From a virus (taxonomy: Duplodnaviria; Caudoviricetes): DNA of 64,000 nt. The stretch spans positions 1,939 to 65,938 of the IMG/VR virus record IMGVR_UViG_3300022752_000063; one strand, given 5' to 3'. Of the stretch, positions 18,995-27,999 are shown piece by piece. Position numbers and translations under genes: made by a program. The notes below the pieces were generated by a model. The model was not told the origin of the DNA. It did no database searches and saw only the letters and a program-made list of their open reading frames with translations. Positions within the stretch are counted from its first letter, which is position 1, and each line of letters begins with the position of its first letter.

Positions 18995-21120
18995 TGCTAG
19001 TCGTACTGCCAGTCGGTCCACAGGATCGGGAACAGGCGGTTCGCTGGCTCAACTGGGTTGAGGAACTCGGTGGCATTGGTAGCCATCGTTTGATGGTTGC
19101 TTGTGCTAGGAGAGTACCCAATCCTACCGAGCTTAGCCGTAAATACGAACTTTACGTTCCGCACGACGAAGATGAACGTGGTTGGCCCATGAGCCCTAAT
19201 CATCTGTTCAAGAGGGTTGTACAGCATATTGCATGGGGGCCAAACCCAGAAGCTTTCTTTTGGTGCGAGCCCGATTGTATTCCTTTAATTCCCCAATGGA
19301 TTGATCGTCTGGATTCGGAATATCGGGAGTGCGGTCAGTATTTTATGGGGGCAAACGTGAAAGTAGCCGGGACTCCAGAGCATATGAGTGGTAATGCTAT
19401 TTACCCAAAGAATGTGATGGAACGGGCGTGGAATCTTATCCATGCAGATTTGGCTGCCTTTGACGTAGTTGGGGCAGAACAGATTGTTGGCCAAGCCCAT
19501 TGGACGAAATCAATACAACATGTCTGGCGCAAAGATCAGGGTCGTAACTTTACGTTCCCAGATCAGGCCAGCGTCGACGCCATGGTTAGCAAAGAAGCTG
19601 TGGTATTTCATCAAAACAAGGATGGCACTTTGATTGAAAGATTGAGAGAACGTTTATTAATAGAACCGAAAGCTACGGTGAAAAAAGTAAGTAAAACAAC
19701 AAAAAAGAAAAATCGGAAAATTCCGACTTTTGATTTGTTCTACACGACCTATCCAAAAGATAAACAGTGGTTTTCGTACAGTGTTCGTATTGCCAAGAAG
19801 AATTTATCAGGAATTCGTAATATTGTTGCAGTTGTCCGTGAGCAACATTTACAGGAATTTTTAGATTTAAATTTGGATGTAGTGTATAAAACTGTTCCCG
19901 ATTCTTGGAATTCTACTCGTGGATATCATTGGCAACAATGGATAAAGATGAGGGCTCCGGAGTTCACAGATGCTGATTTTATTGTTCACGTTGATAGTGA
20001 CACGTATTTCAAGGAGCCTGTAAATATTGAAGAGTTCTTTAAGGGGAAAAAGCCAGGATGGCTTTTTAGAAAATACTCCGAGCTCAATGTACCTTGGAAG
20101 CCAATTACGGAAAGAGTTCTTGGAAAAGAGTGTGATATTGAGTATATGCAAAGCTCCCCCTTTATCATAGGGCGAAATGTGTATGCCAAAGCCAAGGAAG
20201 TCCTTGAAGCCAATCATAAAATCACAATGGAAAAGTACATATACGATTCTGGCGTGACTGATTGGCCTCCAGGATTCTCTGAATATAATTTTTTAGGAAA
20301 TATTGCAAACGATTTTTTTAAGAACGACTATTTTTTTGTCCACGCAATAGATTCTGAAGTTCCCAAGGGATTTTCAAAAATTCATTTGTGTTGGAGTCAT
20401 TCTGATTTTTCAAAACAAGTTAATCTTTTAGAGGCTATGCTCTCTGGAGAAAAAGTTCAAAAACCCACTACTACTGGTCGCGGATTCTGGGTTCTTTCTA
20501 ACGACACCCATATTTCAGAATGGGTTGTTAAATACGAAAAGCTTGATTTTGACGGTCATCTTCTCCCACATATACTTGCTTTAATTAATCCGGGAGACTC
20601 AATTATAGACGTTGGTGCTTTTATTGGTGATCATACTTACGCATATGCTCTAAAGACACATGGGGTTTATACAGGAATGGTTCACGCTTTTGAGCCAAAC
20701 CCAGACGCTTTTATTTGTTTGGAAAACAACACAAAAGCTTTTTCTCATGTCAAACGGTATAATTTTGGTCTGGGTGACCGCGAAAGTACAGCAACTCTGC
20801 TTAAAAGTGATAACGCCGGAGCTTCTATGTTAACTCCCGGTGAAGGGATTCAAATTAAAAAACTAGACTCAATTAATATACCAAGACTCAACGGGATTAA
20901 AATTGACGCCGAGGGATTTGAATTAAAAGTTTTGATGGGTGCTGAGAAAACGATAGAGAAGTTTAAGCCTTGGTTAGTACTAGAATTCAATGAGCAAGCC
21001 CTTAAATTTAACCAAACTACTTCTAAAGATATCACTAAATGGTTGAATGATAGAGGCTATTCACAATTTAAAGAAATTGGATCTGGTGATTTAAAAGATG
21101 TTTTCTTCAAGGTGATATAG
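18994..21120 (+). CDS. Multidomain glycosyltransferase-like / FkbM methyltransferase fusion
   Basis: N-terminal GT-A-like segment (WCEPDCIP, H.SGNAIY); central DUF6492-like segment (GY..QQ.IK, VDSD, FSEY); C-terminal FkbM (DVGAFIG, FEPNP, KIDAEGFE). Confidence 0.8.
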   Translation: MLVVLPVGPQDREQAVRWLNWVEELGGIGSHRLMVACARRVPNPTELSRKYELYVPHDEDERGWPMSPNHLFKRVVQHIAWGPNPEAFFWCEPDCIPLIPQWIDRLDSEYRECGQYFMGANVKVAGTPEHMSGNAIYPKNVMERAWNLIHADLAAFDVVGAEQIVGQAHWTKSIQHVWRKDQGRNFTFPDQASVDAMVSKEAVVFHQNKDGTLIERLRERLLIEPKATVKKVSKTTKKKNRKIPTFDLFYTTYPKDKQWFSYSVRIAKKNLSGIRNIVAVVREQHLQEFLDLNLDVVYKTVPDSWNSTRGYHWQQWIKMRAPEFTDADFIVHVDSDTYFKEPVNIEEFFKGKKPGWLFRKYSELNVPWKPITERVLGKECDIEYMQSSPFIIGRNVYAKAKEVLEANHKITMEKYIYDSGVTDWPPGFSEYNFLGNIANDFFKNDYFFVHAIDSEVPKGFSKIHLCWSHSDFSKQVNLLEAMLSGEKVQKPTTTGRGFWVLSNDTHISEWVVKYEKLDFDGHLLPHILALINPGDSIIDVGAFIGDHTYAYALKTHGVYTGMVHAFEPNPDAFICLENNTKAFSHVKRYNFGLGDRESTATLLKSDNAGASMLTPGEGIQIKKLDSINIPRLNGIKIDAEGFELKVLMGAEKTIEKFKPWLVLEFNEQALKFNQTTSKDITKWLNDRGYSQFKEIGSGDLKDVFFKVI

Positions 21121-21152
21121 ACTAGCCTGAATTATTCAGTTACCTTCAGTTT

Positions 21153-22454
21153 GTGCCAGCCTACTTTCCCGAGAATAACAATCCGCTCCCTTTGGACACG
21201 GAGGTCCGTTCGCTCCAAAAAATCAATGGTCTTTTAAAAGGTGGCATTGGAATTTCTCTTGCTAATACTGGCGTATCGGCTGATGCTTTTGGTCGTCTTC
21301 GTACTTCCAATCCTTTTACCTTATTTGACTCTAGCCATAGGTATCGTGATAACGATCTTTGGTCCACGTCTGCTACTGGTGGTAGCGCTACCTTCAATAC
21401 TAATCAAGGGCTTGTAGATCTTACAATTAACTCTACATCTGGGTCTAAAATCCTACGTGAGACAACCAAGGTTTTTTCCTATCAACCTGGTAAATCCCTA
21501 CTCATCCTTAATACTTTTGTTTTTGCCGGTGCTAAGACGAATCTCAGGCAAAGGGCTGGATATTTTGGCACAGACAATGGTTTATATCTTCAACTTGATG
21601 GGACTACTTTAAGTTTTGTCGAGAGAAGTCTCTCTACTGGAACTACCACCACCGTCAGTCAAGCTAATTGGAATGGCGACAAATTAGATGGCTCTGGTCC
21701 TTCTGGTTTTACTCTTGATATCTCCAAAGCTCAAATTATGTGGATGGATATTGAATGGCTTGGTCTTGGAACAGTCCGTCTTGGGTTTGTAATTAACGGA
21801 CAGTTTATCACTTGTCATTCTTTCCATCATGCCAATTTGATTTCTTCCACTTACATTACCACGGCCAGTCTTCCCCTTCGTCTTGAGATTGAAAATACGG
21901 GGACAACTTCTGGTTCAAGCACCCTGAAACAAGTATGCTCTTCTGTTGTTTCAGAAGGAGGATATCAATTGTTTGGCACTCAAAGAGCGGCTGGGACAGT
22001 AGTTACGTCCCCGTACAATATGGGAGTTGCTGGTACGTATTACCCCCTTGTGGCTATTCGTTTAAAGTCTACAAGGTTAGATTCCATAGTTATTTTGACA
22101 GCTCTATCTGTTTTGCCCGCTAGTTCTGGAAATTATAATTGGAGGGTTATGGCGTCAGGAACTACCACAGGAGGTACTTGGGCAGACCCAGGGTCGGATA
22201 GTTCCGTTGAATATAACATCACAGGGACTAGTTTTTCCGGTGGTCGGATACTGGCTAGTGGGTTTATCAGTCAGTCTAATCAATCCAACCCGTCCGTCGA
22301 TATTCTCAAAGAAGCTCTTTTTAGGTTTCAACTTGAACGCAATATATTTACCTCGACTCCTTACGAGATAACTCTTATAGCAGCCGCCCAAACTGTTGGG
22401 GGCGGTGGTAACAATATCTTTGCTTCCATGGATTGGGAAGAGATTTCTCGGTAG
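21153..22454 (+). CDS. Virion structural protein (beta-rich, probable decoration/appendage)
   Basis: DAFGRLRTSNP.TLFDS, YQPGKS and WLG.G.VR.GF motifs seen in aquatic phage structural proteins; T/S/G-rich. Confidence 0.7.
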   Translation: MPAYFPENNNPLPLDTEVRSLQKINGLLKGGIGISLANTGVSADAFGRLRTSNPFTLFDSSHRYRDNDLWSTSATGGSATFNTNQGLVDLTINSTSGSKILRETTKVFSYQPGKSLLILNTFVFAGAKTNLRQRAGYFGTDNGLYLQLDGTTLSFVERSLSTGTTTTVSQANWNGDKLDGSGPSGFTLDISKAQIMWMDIEWLGLGTVRLGFVINGQFITCHSFHHANLISSTYITTASLPLRLEIENTGTTSGSSTLKQVCSSVVSEGGYQLFGTQRAAGTVVTSPYNMGVAGTYYPLVAIRLKSTRLDSIVILTALSVLPASSGNYNWRVMASGTTTGGTWADPGSDSSVEYNITGTSFSGGRILASGFISQSNQSNPSVDILKEALFRFQLERNIFTSTPYEITLIAAAQTVGGGGNNIFASMDWEEISR

Positions 22455-22458
22455 GGAC

Positions 22459-22704
22459 TTGACACCCTGTTACAACTAGTTACATCAACTCTCAGTTCTT
22501 TGGCAGAGGTGTCGATGCGATGGGGCTAACCAGCCTGTGCCCCACAGGCTACGCTTAAATGACACCGACGCGGTATCCGACGGCTAACGGGTATCTAACT
22601 ATCTTTTAGGGCTTGCCGGCTCTTAAAACAAGCAACGACAAAAAGACACGCTCATCGTGTGATGAGAAGTCTTCAGTCATTACTTCAACTAAGGAGATAC
22701 TAAT
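22459..22704 (+). promoter_or_regulatory. Major capsid promoter and structured 5' leader
   Basis: TTGACA-N16-TACATC (22459-22486), ~210 nt of consecutive stems, then an AAGGAG RBS before the ATG at 22705. Confidence 0.6.
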
Positions 22705-23928
22705 ATGCCTTGTACGAATATTGAGAATCTTCTGATTACTGAGTCCGGCCGTATCGGTGCGGATATCTATCGGAAGACTTTGAACACGTCCCCGTGGACG
22801 ACTCTGGTTAAGCAGGAAGCTTGGCCGGATGAAATGGGAACCACCGTTAACGTTCTGATCTATGAGCGGACCCTGCCGGCTTCCGGTGCTGGGATCACCT
22901 TCACGGACGTTGCGTATAACGGCGTTGCCACCCAAGTGATCGGCGCTACCCCCACCGGCTCCAACACCGGCCCGGGAACCTGCGCTGTCGCCGGTGACAA
23001 CCTCGGCTTCGCCCAGACCCTCCGCACTTACAACCTCCAACAGGCTGCGATCAACTCCCCTGATATCTGCTTGAACGACCTTCGCTTCCCCGTGAAGCGC
23101 CAAGAACAGCTTCGCAATATCATGGCGGTTCTCACCGAGAACACGCAGTATGCTTGGGAAAACCGTTACCGCGACGAGTTCGTTCGTCTCGCTAACTACA
23201 ACGTCAACGCCAACCAGACTGAGCTTTTGGCGGCCTCCGGCCAGACCAAGGGTTCTTTCAGCACGACCAATCTGCCTACGAGCCGGTTGACCCAGGGCAT
23301 CCTGCGGTACTTCTACTCTCGGTTGATCCGTGACGGCGCTGGTCAGAATGCGTATGGCAAGGAAAACGGCGCTCCCGTGTTCTTGCTCATCACCTCCCCC
23401 GAGGCTTCTGACGACCTCATCAAGCTCAACGCGGACATCCGTCAGGATCTCCGTTGGGCCAAACCCAGCGAACTGATCCAGCCTCTCGGCGTGGAACGTA
23501 GCTATGCTGGTTTCTACCACTTGGTGGACACCATGACTCCTCGCTACGACCTCGTCGGCGGTGCTTGGGTTCGTCGCTATCCGTATGCCACCGACGCCAA
23601 TGCGTCGAAGGGCACTCGGTTCATCCCGAATCCCGCGTACTTCACGGCGGAATACGAAGATTCCATCATCTTCCATCCCGACGTGTTCACCTCGCTGGTC
23701 GCGAAGCCCATCTCCGGAACCGGAGCTGCTAGCTTTGACCCGCAGAGCTATCGCGGTGACTTCCGCTGGCGGAATATCCCCAGCCGGGATTGTAACCCCG
23801 ACGGTACGATCGGATTCTTCCGGGCGATCTTCTCGTCCGGTTCGAAGCCGGTTCGTCCTGAACTCGGTGTGGTTATCCGCCACAAGCGCTGCGCGGCCGA
23901 CTTCGGCCTCGTTGGCTGCTACTCGTAA
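22705..23928 (+). CDS. Major capsid protein
   Basis: 407 aa; strongly biased codon usage; strong RBS; followed by a terminator; position in the head module. Confidence 0.85.
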   Translation: MPCTNIENLLITESGRIGADIYRKTLNTSPWTTLVKQEAWPDEMGTTVNVLIYERTLPASGAGITFTDVAYNGVATQVIGATPTGSNTGPGTCAVAGDNLGFAQTLRTYNLQQAAINSPDICLNDLRFPVKRQEQLRNIMAVLTENTQYAWENRYRDEFVRLANYNVNANQTELLAASGQTKGSFSTTNLPTSRLTQGILRYFYSRLIRDGAGQNAYGKENGAPVFLLITSPEASDDLIKLNADIRQDLRWAKPSELIQPLGVERSYAGFYHLVDTMTPRYDLVGGAWVRRYPYATDANASKGTRFIPNPAYFTAEYEDSIIFHPDVFTSLVAKPISGTGAASFDPQSYRGDFRWRNIPSRDCNPDGTIGFFRAIFSSGSKPVRPELGVVIRHKRCAADFGLVGCYS

Positions 23929-23943
23929 TTGAGTAACTAGATT

Positions 23944-23985
23944 GAAGGGGGGCGTAGGTCACATCCCTGCGCCTCCCTTCTTTTT
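23944..23985 (+). terminator. Intrinsic terminator after the capsid gene
   Basis: GAAGGGGGGCGTAGG-loop-CCTGCGCCTCCCTTC followed by a T-tract. Confidence 0.85.
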
Positions 23986-23991
23986 ATAAAT

Positions 23992-24336
23992 ATGAATTGC
24001 GGATGTCCCGAGTGCATGGCAAAACACGGTCGTGGTCCTACCATGGTCGTGATTGCTGTCGCTCCTAACAAAGGAGACAAAAATATGAAGATTGCTACGT
24101 TTGCAGTCCCGAAAGGGTTTACTCCGCCCGAAGGCGTTGTCGAGGGGGACACGTTCGAAGCTATGGCCACGTTTAAACACGGTGGCAAAACTTTGGACTT
24201 GGTTTCCATCGAAGGTGCCGAAGCGGAAGCTCCTGAAAAAGAAATGGAGTCGGAGACTCCGAGCAAGGCACCCGCCGAAGCCGGATTCGCTGACGCCATT
24301 GAAATGGGCGTTGCCCCCGAAGGAAAGATGGCTTGA
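23992..24336 (+). CDS. Hypothetical protein (start may be 24085)
   Basis: AAGGAG precedes the internal MKIATF; acidic C-terminus. Confidence 0.7.
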   Translation: MNCGCPECMAKHGRGPTMVVIAVAPNKGDKNMKIATFAVPKGFTPPEGVVEGDTFEAMATFKHGGKTLDLVSIEGAEAEAPEKEMESETPSKAPAEAGFADAIEMGVAPEGKMA

Positions 24337-24651
24337 GTGAAGCGTGAGGTGAAGGGCGAAGGCTGGAAAGAGTTTGTCTGCGCGATTGTCGAGCAGGGGA
24401 TTCACGATCTAGACTTCGCCCTCACCGCACCTGTTGGCCGTAAGCTTGACCCGAAGAACTATTTCACCGCTTTGCATTTTGATTTGTTTTTTGATCAGGT
24501 TCCTGGGTTGTGCGAAGCCGCCAATATTCGAGTATCGGCTGAAGCCATCGAAAAAAAAGTGCGAGGAAAGATTGACAAACTCAGAACTATCAGGAATAGA
24601 AGAAGGGAGAAACTATGTCACAACCATATCAAGCAAACATCGAATTCGTAA
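24337..24651 (+). CDS. Hypothetical protein
   Basis: 104-aa ORF abutting the upstream stop. Confidence 0.6.
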   Translation: MKREVKGEGWKEFVCAIVEQGIHDLDFALTAPVGRKLDPKNYFTALHFDLFFDQVPGLCEAANIRVSAEAIEKKVRGKIDKLRTIRNRRREKLCHNHIKQTSNS

Positions 24652-24926
24652 GCCAGCTCCGCAGGGCTTTGAAATTCGGTCAGATCACTAGGAATCAACT
24701 TCTTGGGACTGGAAATAATCTCCAAGGTTCGAGGGCATACCCGGCAGGAAATGATTTTGTTCAGAATTTCAAACGGGCAATTGCCACAGGGCAGATCACC
24801 AATGCTCAGATTGCCAACCCCGGCCTTATCGGTGATGTTGGTACTTATACTCAAGCAGACAAAGATTTTGTATTGGAATGCAACCGAGCTGGTGCTTTTG
24901 GCCAGTTGGTTGGAACCGTAAGTTAA
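24615..24926 (+). CDS. Small virion protein with three internal repeats
   Basis: Three copies of Y..A..[ED]FV....RA...GQ[IL]; GGAG RBS. Confidence 0.75.
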   Translation: MSQPYQANIEFVSQLRRALKFGQITRNQLLGTGNNLQGSRAYPAGNDFVQNFKRAIATGQITNAQIANPGLIGDVGTYTQADKDFVLECNRAGAFGQLVGTVS

Positions 24927-24936
24927 GGAGATATAA

Positions 24937-25581
24937 ATGCAGACAAACGCACCAGCAGGATCAGAGTGGGTAGATCAGTTTAACAGGGCAGTTGCTTTTC
25001 AGCAGATCAATATTGATCAGGCTGGGTTGCCAGCTCATGCTTCTACGCATGCGACAGGTGGTTCTGATCCCATATCTGCACTTTCTATTGGGGCTTTGCC
25101 TACACCTTTAATTCTTTCTGGATATAACTTTACCGCTACCGGAAACACTACCGCCGATGTTGTACAAGCAACGTATACATTTCCAGGTGGTTGTTTAGGA
25201 GCTAACGGAACGCTCGAAGGAAATTTCTGGGCTACTTGCACAGGTTCTGCTAATGGCAAAAGAATTAGAGCTTTTATTTCTAACACAAACAACGGTACAG
25301 CGGGTACCCGTTTTGTTAATTTCAATATCGGGGCACAATCCGCAACCGCTATTGTTGGGATGAGAGGCTTCCTATTATTTAATAGAAACGCACAAAATTC
25401 ACAAATTATTCAACCTTCTGCCTCTGGTGGCACAGGAAGTACTTTTTCTGGGTTTGTGTTTGAAGAACTAGCAATTGACACTAGTCAGACTTTTTATGTC
25501 ACGGTTGCGCTACAGAAAGATACTGGCGCTGAATCTTTCCAACTAAAGTTGGCTAGGCTCGTAGCTACTTACAGCGTTTAA
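24937..25581 (+). CDS. Fibre/decoration-like virion protein
   Basis: HASTHATGGSDP fibre motif; beta-rich C-terminus; AAGGAG RBS. Confidence 0.7.
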   Translation: MQTNAPAGSEWVDQFNRAVAFQQINIDQAGLPAHASTHATGGSDPISALSIGALPTPLILSGYNFTATGNTTADVVQATYTFPGGCLGANGTLEGNFWATCTGSANGKRIRAFISNTNNGTAGTRFVNFNIGAQSATAIVGMRGFLLFNRNAQNSQIIQPSASGGTGSTFSGFVFEELAIDTSQTFYVTVALQKDTGAESFQLKLARLVATYSV

Positions 25582-25585
25582 TTTT

Positions 25586-25900
25586 ATGGCACTCTATCCA
25601 GAAGGTACAGCACCCCAACCTCTCGACGACCAACAGAGGGCGTTAAATAAAGGAAACGAACTCTCTAGACAGGACCTAGGACAAAACGGAGCTGTTGTTT
25701 TGGCCGCCGGAAATCTTACTGCTGGTTCGTATGTTTCTCTTGTTGTGTTGACAGCCACTACAATCTCAAGTATCACAGCTCCTGGTATTACTAACTCTTC
25801 ATCATTGACTGGAGTGTCGCTTGCTGCTGGAACTGTTATCAAAGGCGACATCCGAGCAGTTACGCTTACTAGCGGTCTTGCTATTTTGTACAAGGCGTAG
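25586..25900 (+). CDS. Small virion protein
   Basis: N-terminus resembles that of 21153..22454; beta-rich. Confidence 0.7.
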   Translation: MALYPEGTAPQPLDDQQRALNKGNELSRQDLGQNGAVVLAAGNLTAGSYVSLVVLTATTISSITAPGITNSSSLTGVSLAAGTVIKGDIRAVTLTSGLAILYKA

Positions 25901-25904
25901 TCTA

Positions 25905-26054
25905 ATGGAACCCTTAGAGGGCGGGAACGAAATTTTACCGCCATCTGAAGAAGATCTCTTAGCCTGTATCAAATATCTTAGTGACGAGGGTTTTATTACC
26001 TTATACCAAGACGAGAACGACGAGTGGTTTGTCAAAATCGCAAAAAACGTGTAG
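25905..26054 (+). CDS. Small acidic hypothetical protein
   Basis: MEPLEGG..., 49 aa, fills the gap between genes. Confidence 0.55.
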   Translation: MEPLEGGNEILPPSEEDLLACIKYLSDEGFITLYQDENDEWFVKIAKNV

Positions 26055-26063
26055 AGTAAATGT

Positions 26064-26261
26064 ATGGGCACCAAAGATAACGAGCGCTTGGCTAGGATTG
26101 AGACCAAGCTTGACGCTACGTTGAGCCACCTCAACGATCACGAGGATAGGCTCCGCAAGGTAGAACAGGCTTGGTGGAAACAGTCGGCCGTGTTTGGTTC
26201 CTTGATAGCTTGTATATCTTGGTTTGGTCCGATTATTAGAAAACATATTTTCGGCTCGTAA
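26064..26261 (+). CDS. Small coiled-coil membrane protein (holin/XhlA-like)
   Basis: ERLARIETKLD...HEDRLRKVE plus a C-terminal TM; start of the lysis cluster. Confidence 0.65.
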   Translation: MGTKDNERLARIETKLDATLSHLNDHEDRLRKVEQAWWKQSAVFGSLIACISWFGPIIRKHIFGS

Positions 26262-26289
26262 TTGTTACGCATGGAGCTATATTAAGCCC

Positions 26290-26676
26290 ATGAGAATATT
26301 AATCCTTCCGTTACTGTTATTGGCCGGTTGTTCCACAATTAAGCCAGTAGGTTCTCCCGAATTTGGCGGTGTAACCAAGAAGGTTGATGCTGTTGAACAG
26401 GCAGTCAACGCCGGGGATCTACCCGCTATTAAGAAGGAGTTTGGTAGCTTAAAGTCCCAGCTTTCTTCCGCCCAAGCTGCTTGCGAAGCCCAAGCTGGTG
26501 ACTACGAGCGCATCGTCAAGGAAGCCAATGATTGGAAGGCCAAGCAAAGGAAAGCCTTAAAGGAGCTATGGATCTACCGTGGTGCTCTTATTGCTTTGGG
26601 ACTGTGGGTCTTTAGGGGCTTTATCTTTGGTGGCATTATGTTCGTGGCTAGGAAGTTTGTGGGGATTCCTTGGTGA
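26290..26676 (+). CDS. Lipoprotein with C-terminal TM (unimolecular spanin candidate)
   Basis: MRILILPLLLLAG/C lipobox, helical middle, hydrophobic C-terminal segment. Confidence 0.65.
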   Translation: MRILILPLLLLAGCSTIKPVGSPEFGGVTKKVDAVEQAVNAGDLPAIKKEFGSLKSQLSSAQAACEAQAGDYERIVKEANDWKAKQRKALKELWIYRGALIALGLWVFRGFIFGGIMFVARKFVGIPW

Positions 26677-27017
26677 ACTTCCTTAAAACAAACGTACAGG
26701 GCTTAATAGCCCTCCTAGGAGCTCTTGGACTGTTCTTTGGGCTGGGACCCCTCCTTCAGCATATTGACCCTACAGCGGGCGTTATAGACATCGGAGCACT
26801 ACACTTATTGGTATTCGGGACAGTTAAGTTCCTGTTGGGGGTATTTGTTGTTTGGCTGGTGATCTCTTTTGACTGGGCCCCATTTGACAAATACTTGGAC
26901 ACAAATGCATTTGCGGATGACTTCAAAGACATGAAGGCGGAAGTAAAAGCCAAGCTACTGGTCTATCTCTTTATGGGTCTTTTGGTTACATTCGCCCTGT
27001 GTACCCGAGGTTCATAA
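26670..27017 (+). CDS. Holin-like membrane protein
   Basis: Three hydrophobic segments; immediately upstream of the endolysin. Confidence 0.7.
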   Translation: MVNFLKTNVQGLIALLGALGLFFGLGPLLQHIDPTAGVIDIGALHLLVFGTVKFLLGVFVVWLVISFDWAPFDKYLDTNAFADDFKDMKAEVKAKLLVYLFMGLLVTFALCTRGS

Positions 27018-27556
27018 ATGCTTCGATTTCTACAGCTTTGGGCCTTGCGACGTTGCTTCTCTTTGGAGGATCTGGAATGGGAAGTCCTAACTCGGAAGAT
27101 CCTCGCCGTGGAGAAATCCTGTCGTATGCGAGAACAACAATTGGAATCAAAGAAGAAACAAACAACAACGACGGGGAAGAAGTCGAAGAAATCCTCAAAA
27201 GCGTCGGGCTCGAAGGAACGGGATCGCCGTGGTGTGCGGCCTACGTCGTATGGGTTGGCGACTCTGCCCTCGGGAGAGATCATAATCCCTACCCGAGAAG
27301 TGCGTGGTCGCCTGATTTCGTACGAAACCCCCAATGGAATCGGGGGTCTGGTCGAGTGCCCCTCCCCGCTTCGACCTTCGGAATCTATTTCTCCTCGCTC
27401 AAAAGGGTCGGGCACACGGGCCTGATCGAAAGGATATCCGGCGATTTTGCTGTAACGATTGAGGGCAACACCAACAATGGGGGTAGCAGAGATGGTGATG
27501 GCGTGTACCGACGCCGGCGTCTCTTGGATTCCCTGTTAGCAAAGGATTGGTTGTGA
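26999..27556 (+). CDS. CHAP-domain endolysin with hydrophobic N-terminus
   Basis: PWCAAYV (catalytic Cys), GHTGL (His), TIEGNT; G/A/S-rich N-terminal segment resembling a signal or SAR. Confidence 0.88.
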   Translation: MYPRFINASISTALGLATLLLFGGSGMGSPNSEDPRRGEILSYARTTIGIKEETNNNDGEEVEEILKSVGLEGTGSPWCAAYVVWVGDSALGRDHNPYPRSAWSPDFVRNPQWNRGSGRVPLPASTFGIYFSSLKRVGHTGLIERISGDFAVTIEGNTNNGGSRDGDGVYRRRRLLDSLLAKDWL

Positions 27557-27963
27557 GTTTACGAATCGGAGCCATAGGGGTACAGAGGGTTTCGGCCAAG
27601 CTGATGGAACACGGATTCCAAGTTAGCCTCCCCGTGTTTGATTCGGGATACGATTTGGTGTCTGATTGGAATGGAAAACTCCATCGGATTCAAGTTAAAT
27701 CCACCGTAGGAAACGAGGACCAACGTAGACGAAAGATCAAATTTTTGGCGGTCAAAGGTCCGGGTTACGGGTGGGGTGCCAAGATGAATTGCGCCAAAAA
27801 GAAAAGTATTTATAGTCGTAACGATTGCGATACCTTTATATTTTATCATCTGGTACAAGATGCTTTGTTTGTGATGCCTAGATCCAAAATGCCCAAGACT
27901 AAGTCTATTTATCTGGCCCCCAACTCCAAATGGAGAGATAATTGGGATGTCATCAAAGACTAG
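27547..27963 (+). CDS. PD-(D/E)XK endonuclease (group I intron-associated type, free-standing)
   Basis: G..VSLP....YDLV.D....L.RIQVKS...Y....D.F pattern. Confidence 0.8.
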   Translation: MVVSLRIGAIGVQRVSAKLMEHGFQVSLPVFDSGYDLVSDWNGKLHRIQVKSTVGNEDQRRRKIKFLAVKGPGYGWGAKMNCAKKKSIYSRNDCDTFIFYHLVQDALFVMPRSKMPKTKSIYLAPNSKWRDNWDVIKD

Positions 27964-27999
27964 TTGCCGTCTGGTTGATAATACGATACATACGATTCT

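Noticed and set aside
22608-22633. preQ1-I riboswitch
   Set aside because: Size and A-rich tail are similar, but the loop is shorter and lacks the conserved UUC...C pattern; no queuosine gene downstream.
22606-23883. 425-aa minus-strand ORF antisense to the capsid gene
   Set aside because: Shadow ORF caused by biased codon usage of the capsid gene; no motifs or RBS.
23920-23945. Capsid read-through or frameshift extension
   Set aside because: Several stop codons and a strong terminator follow immediately.
27018-27425. Nested 135-aa ORF in the endolysin as an o-spanin
   Set aside because: No proper hydrophobic signal or lipobox; likely an alternate-frame artefact.
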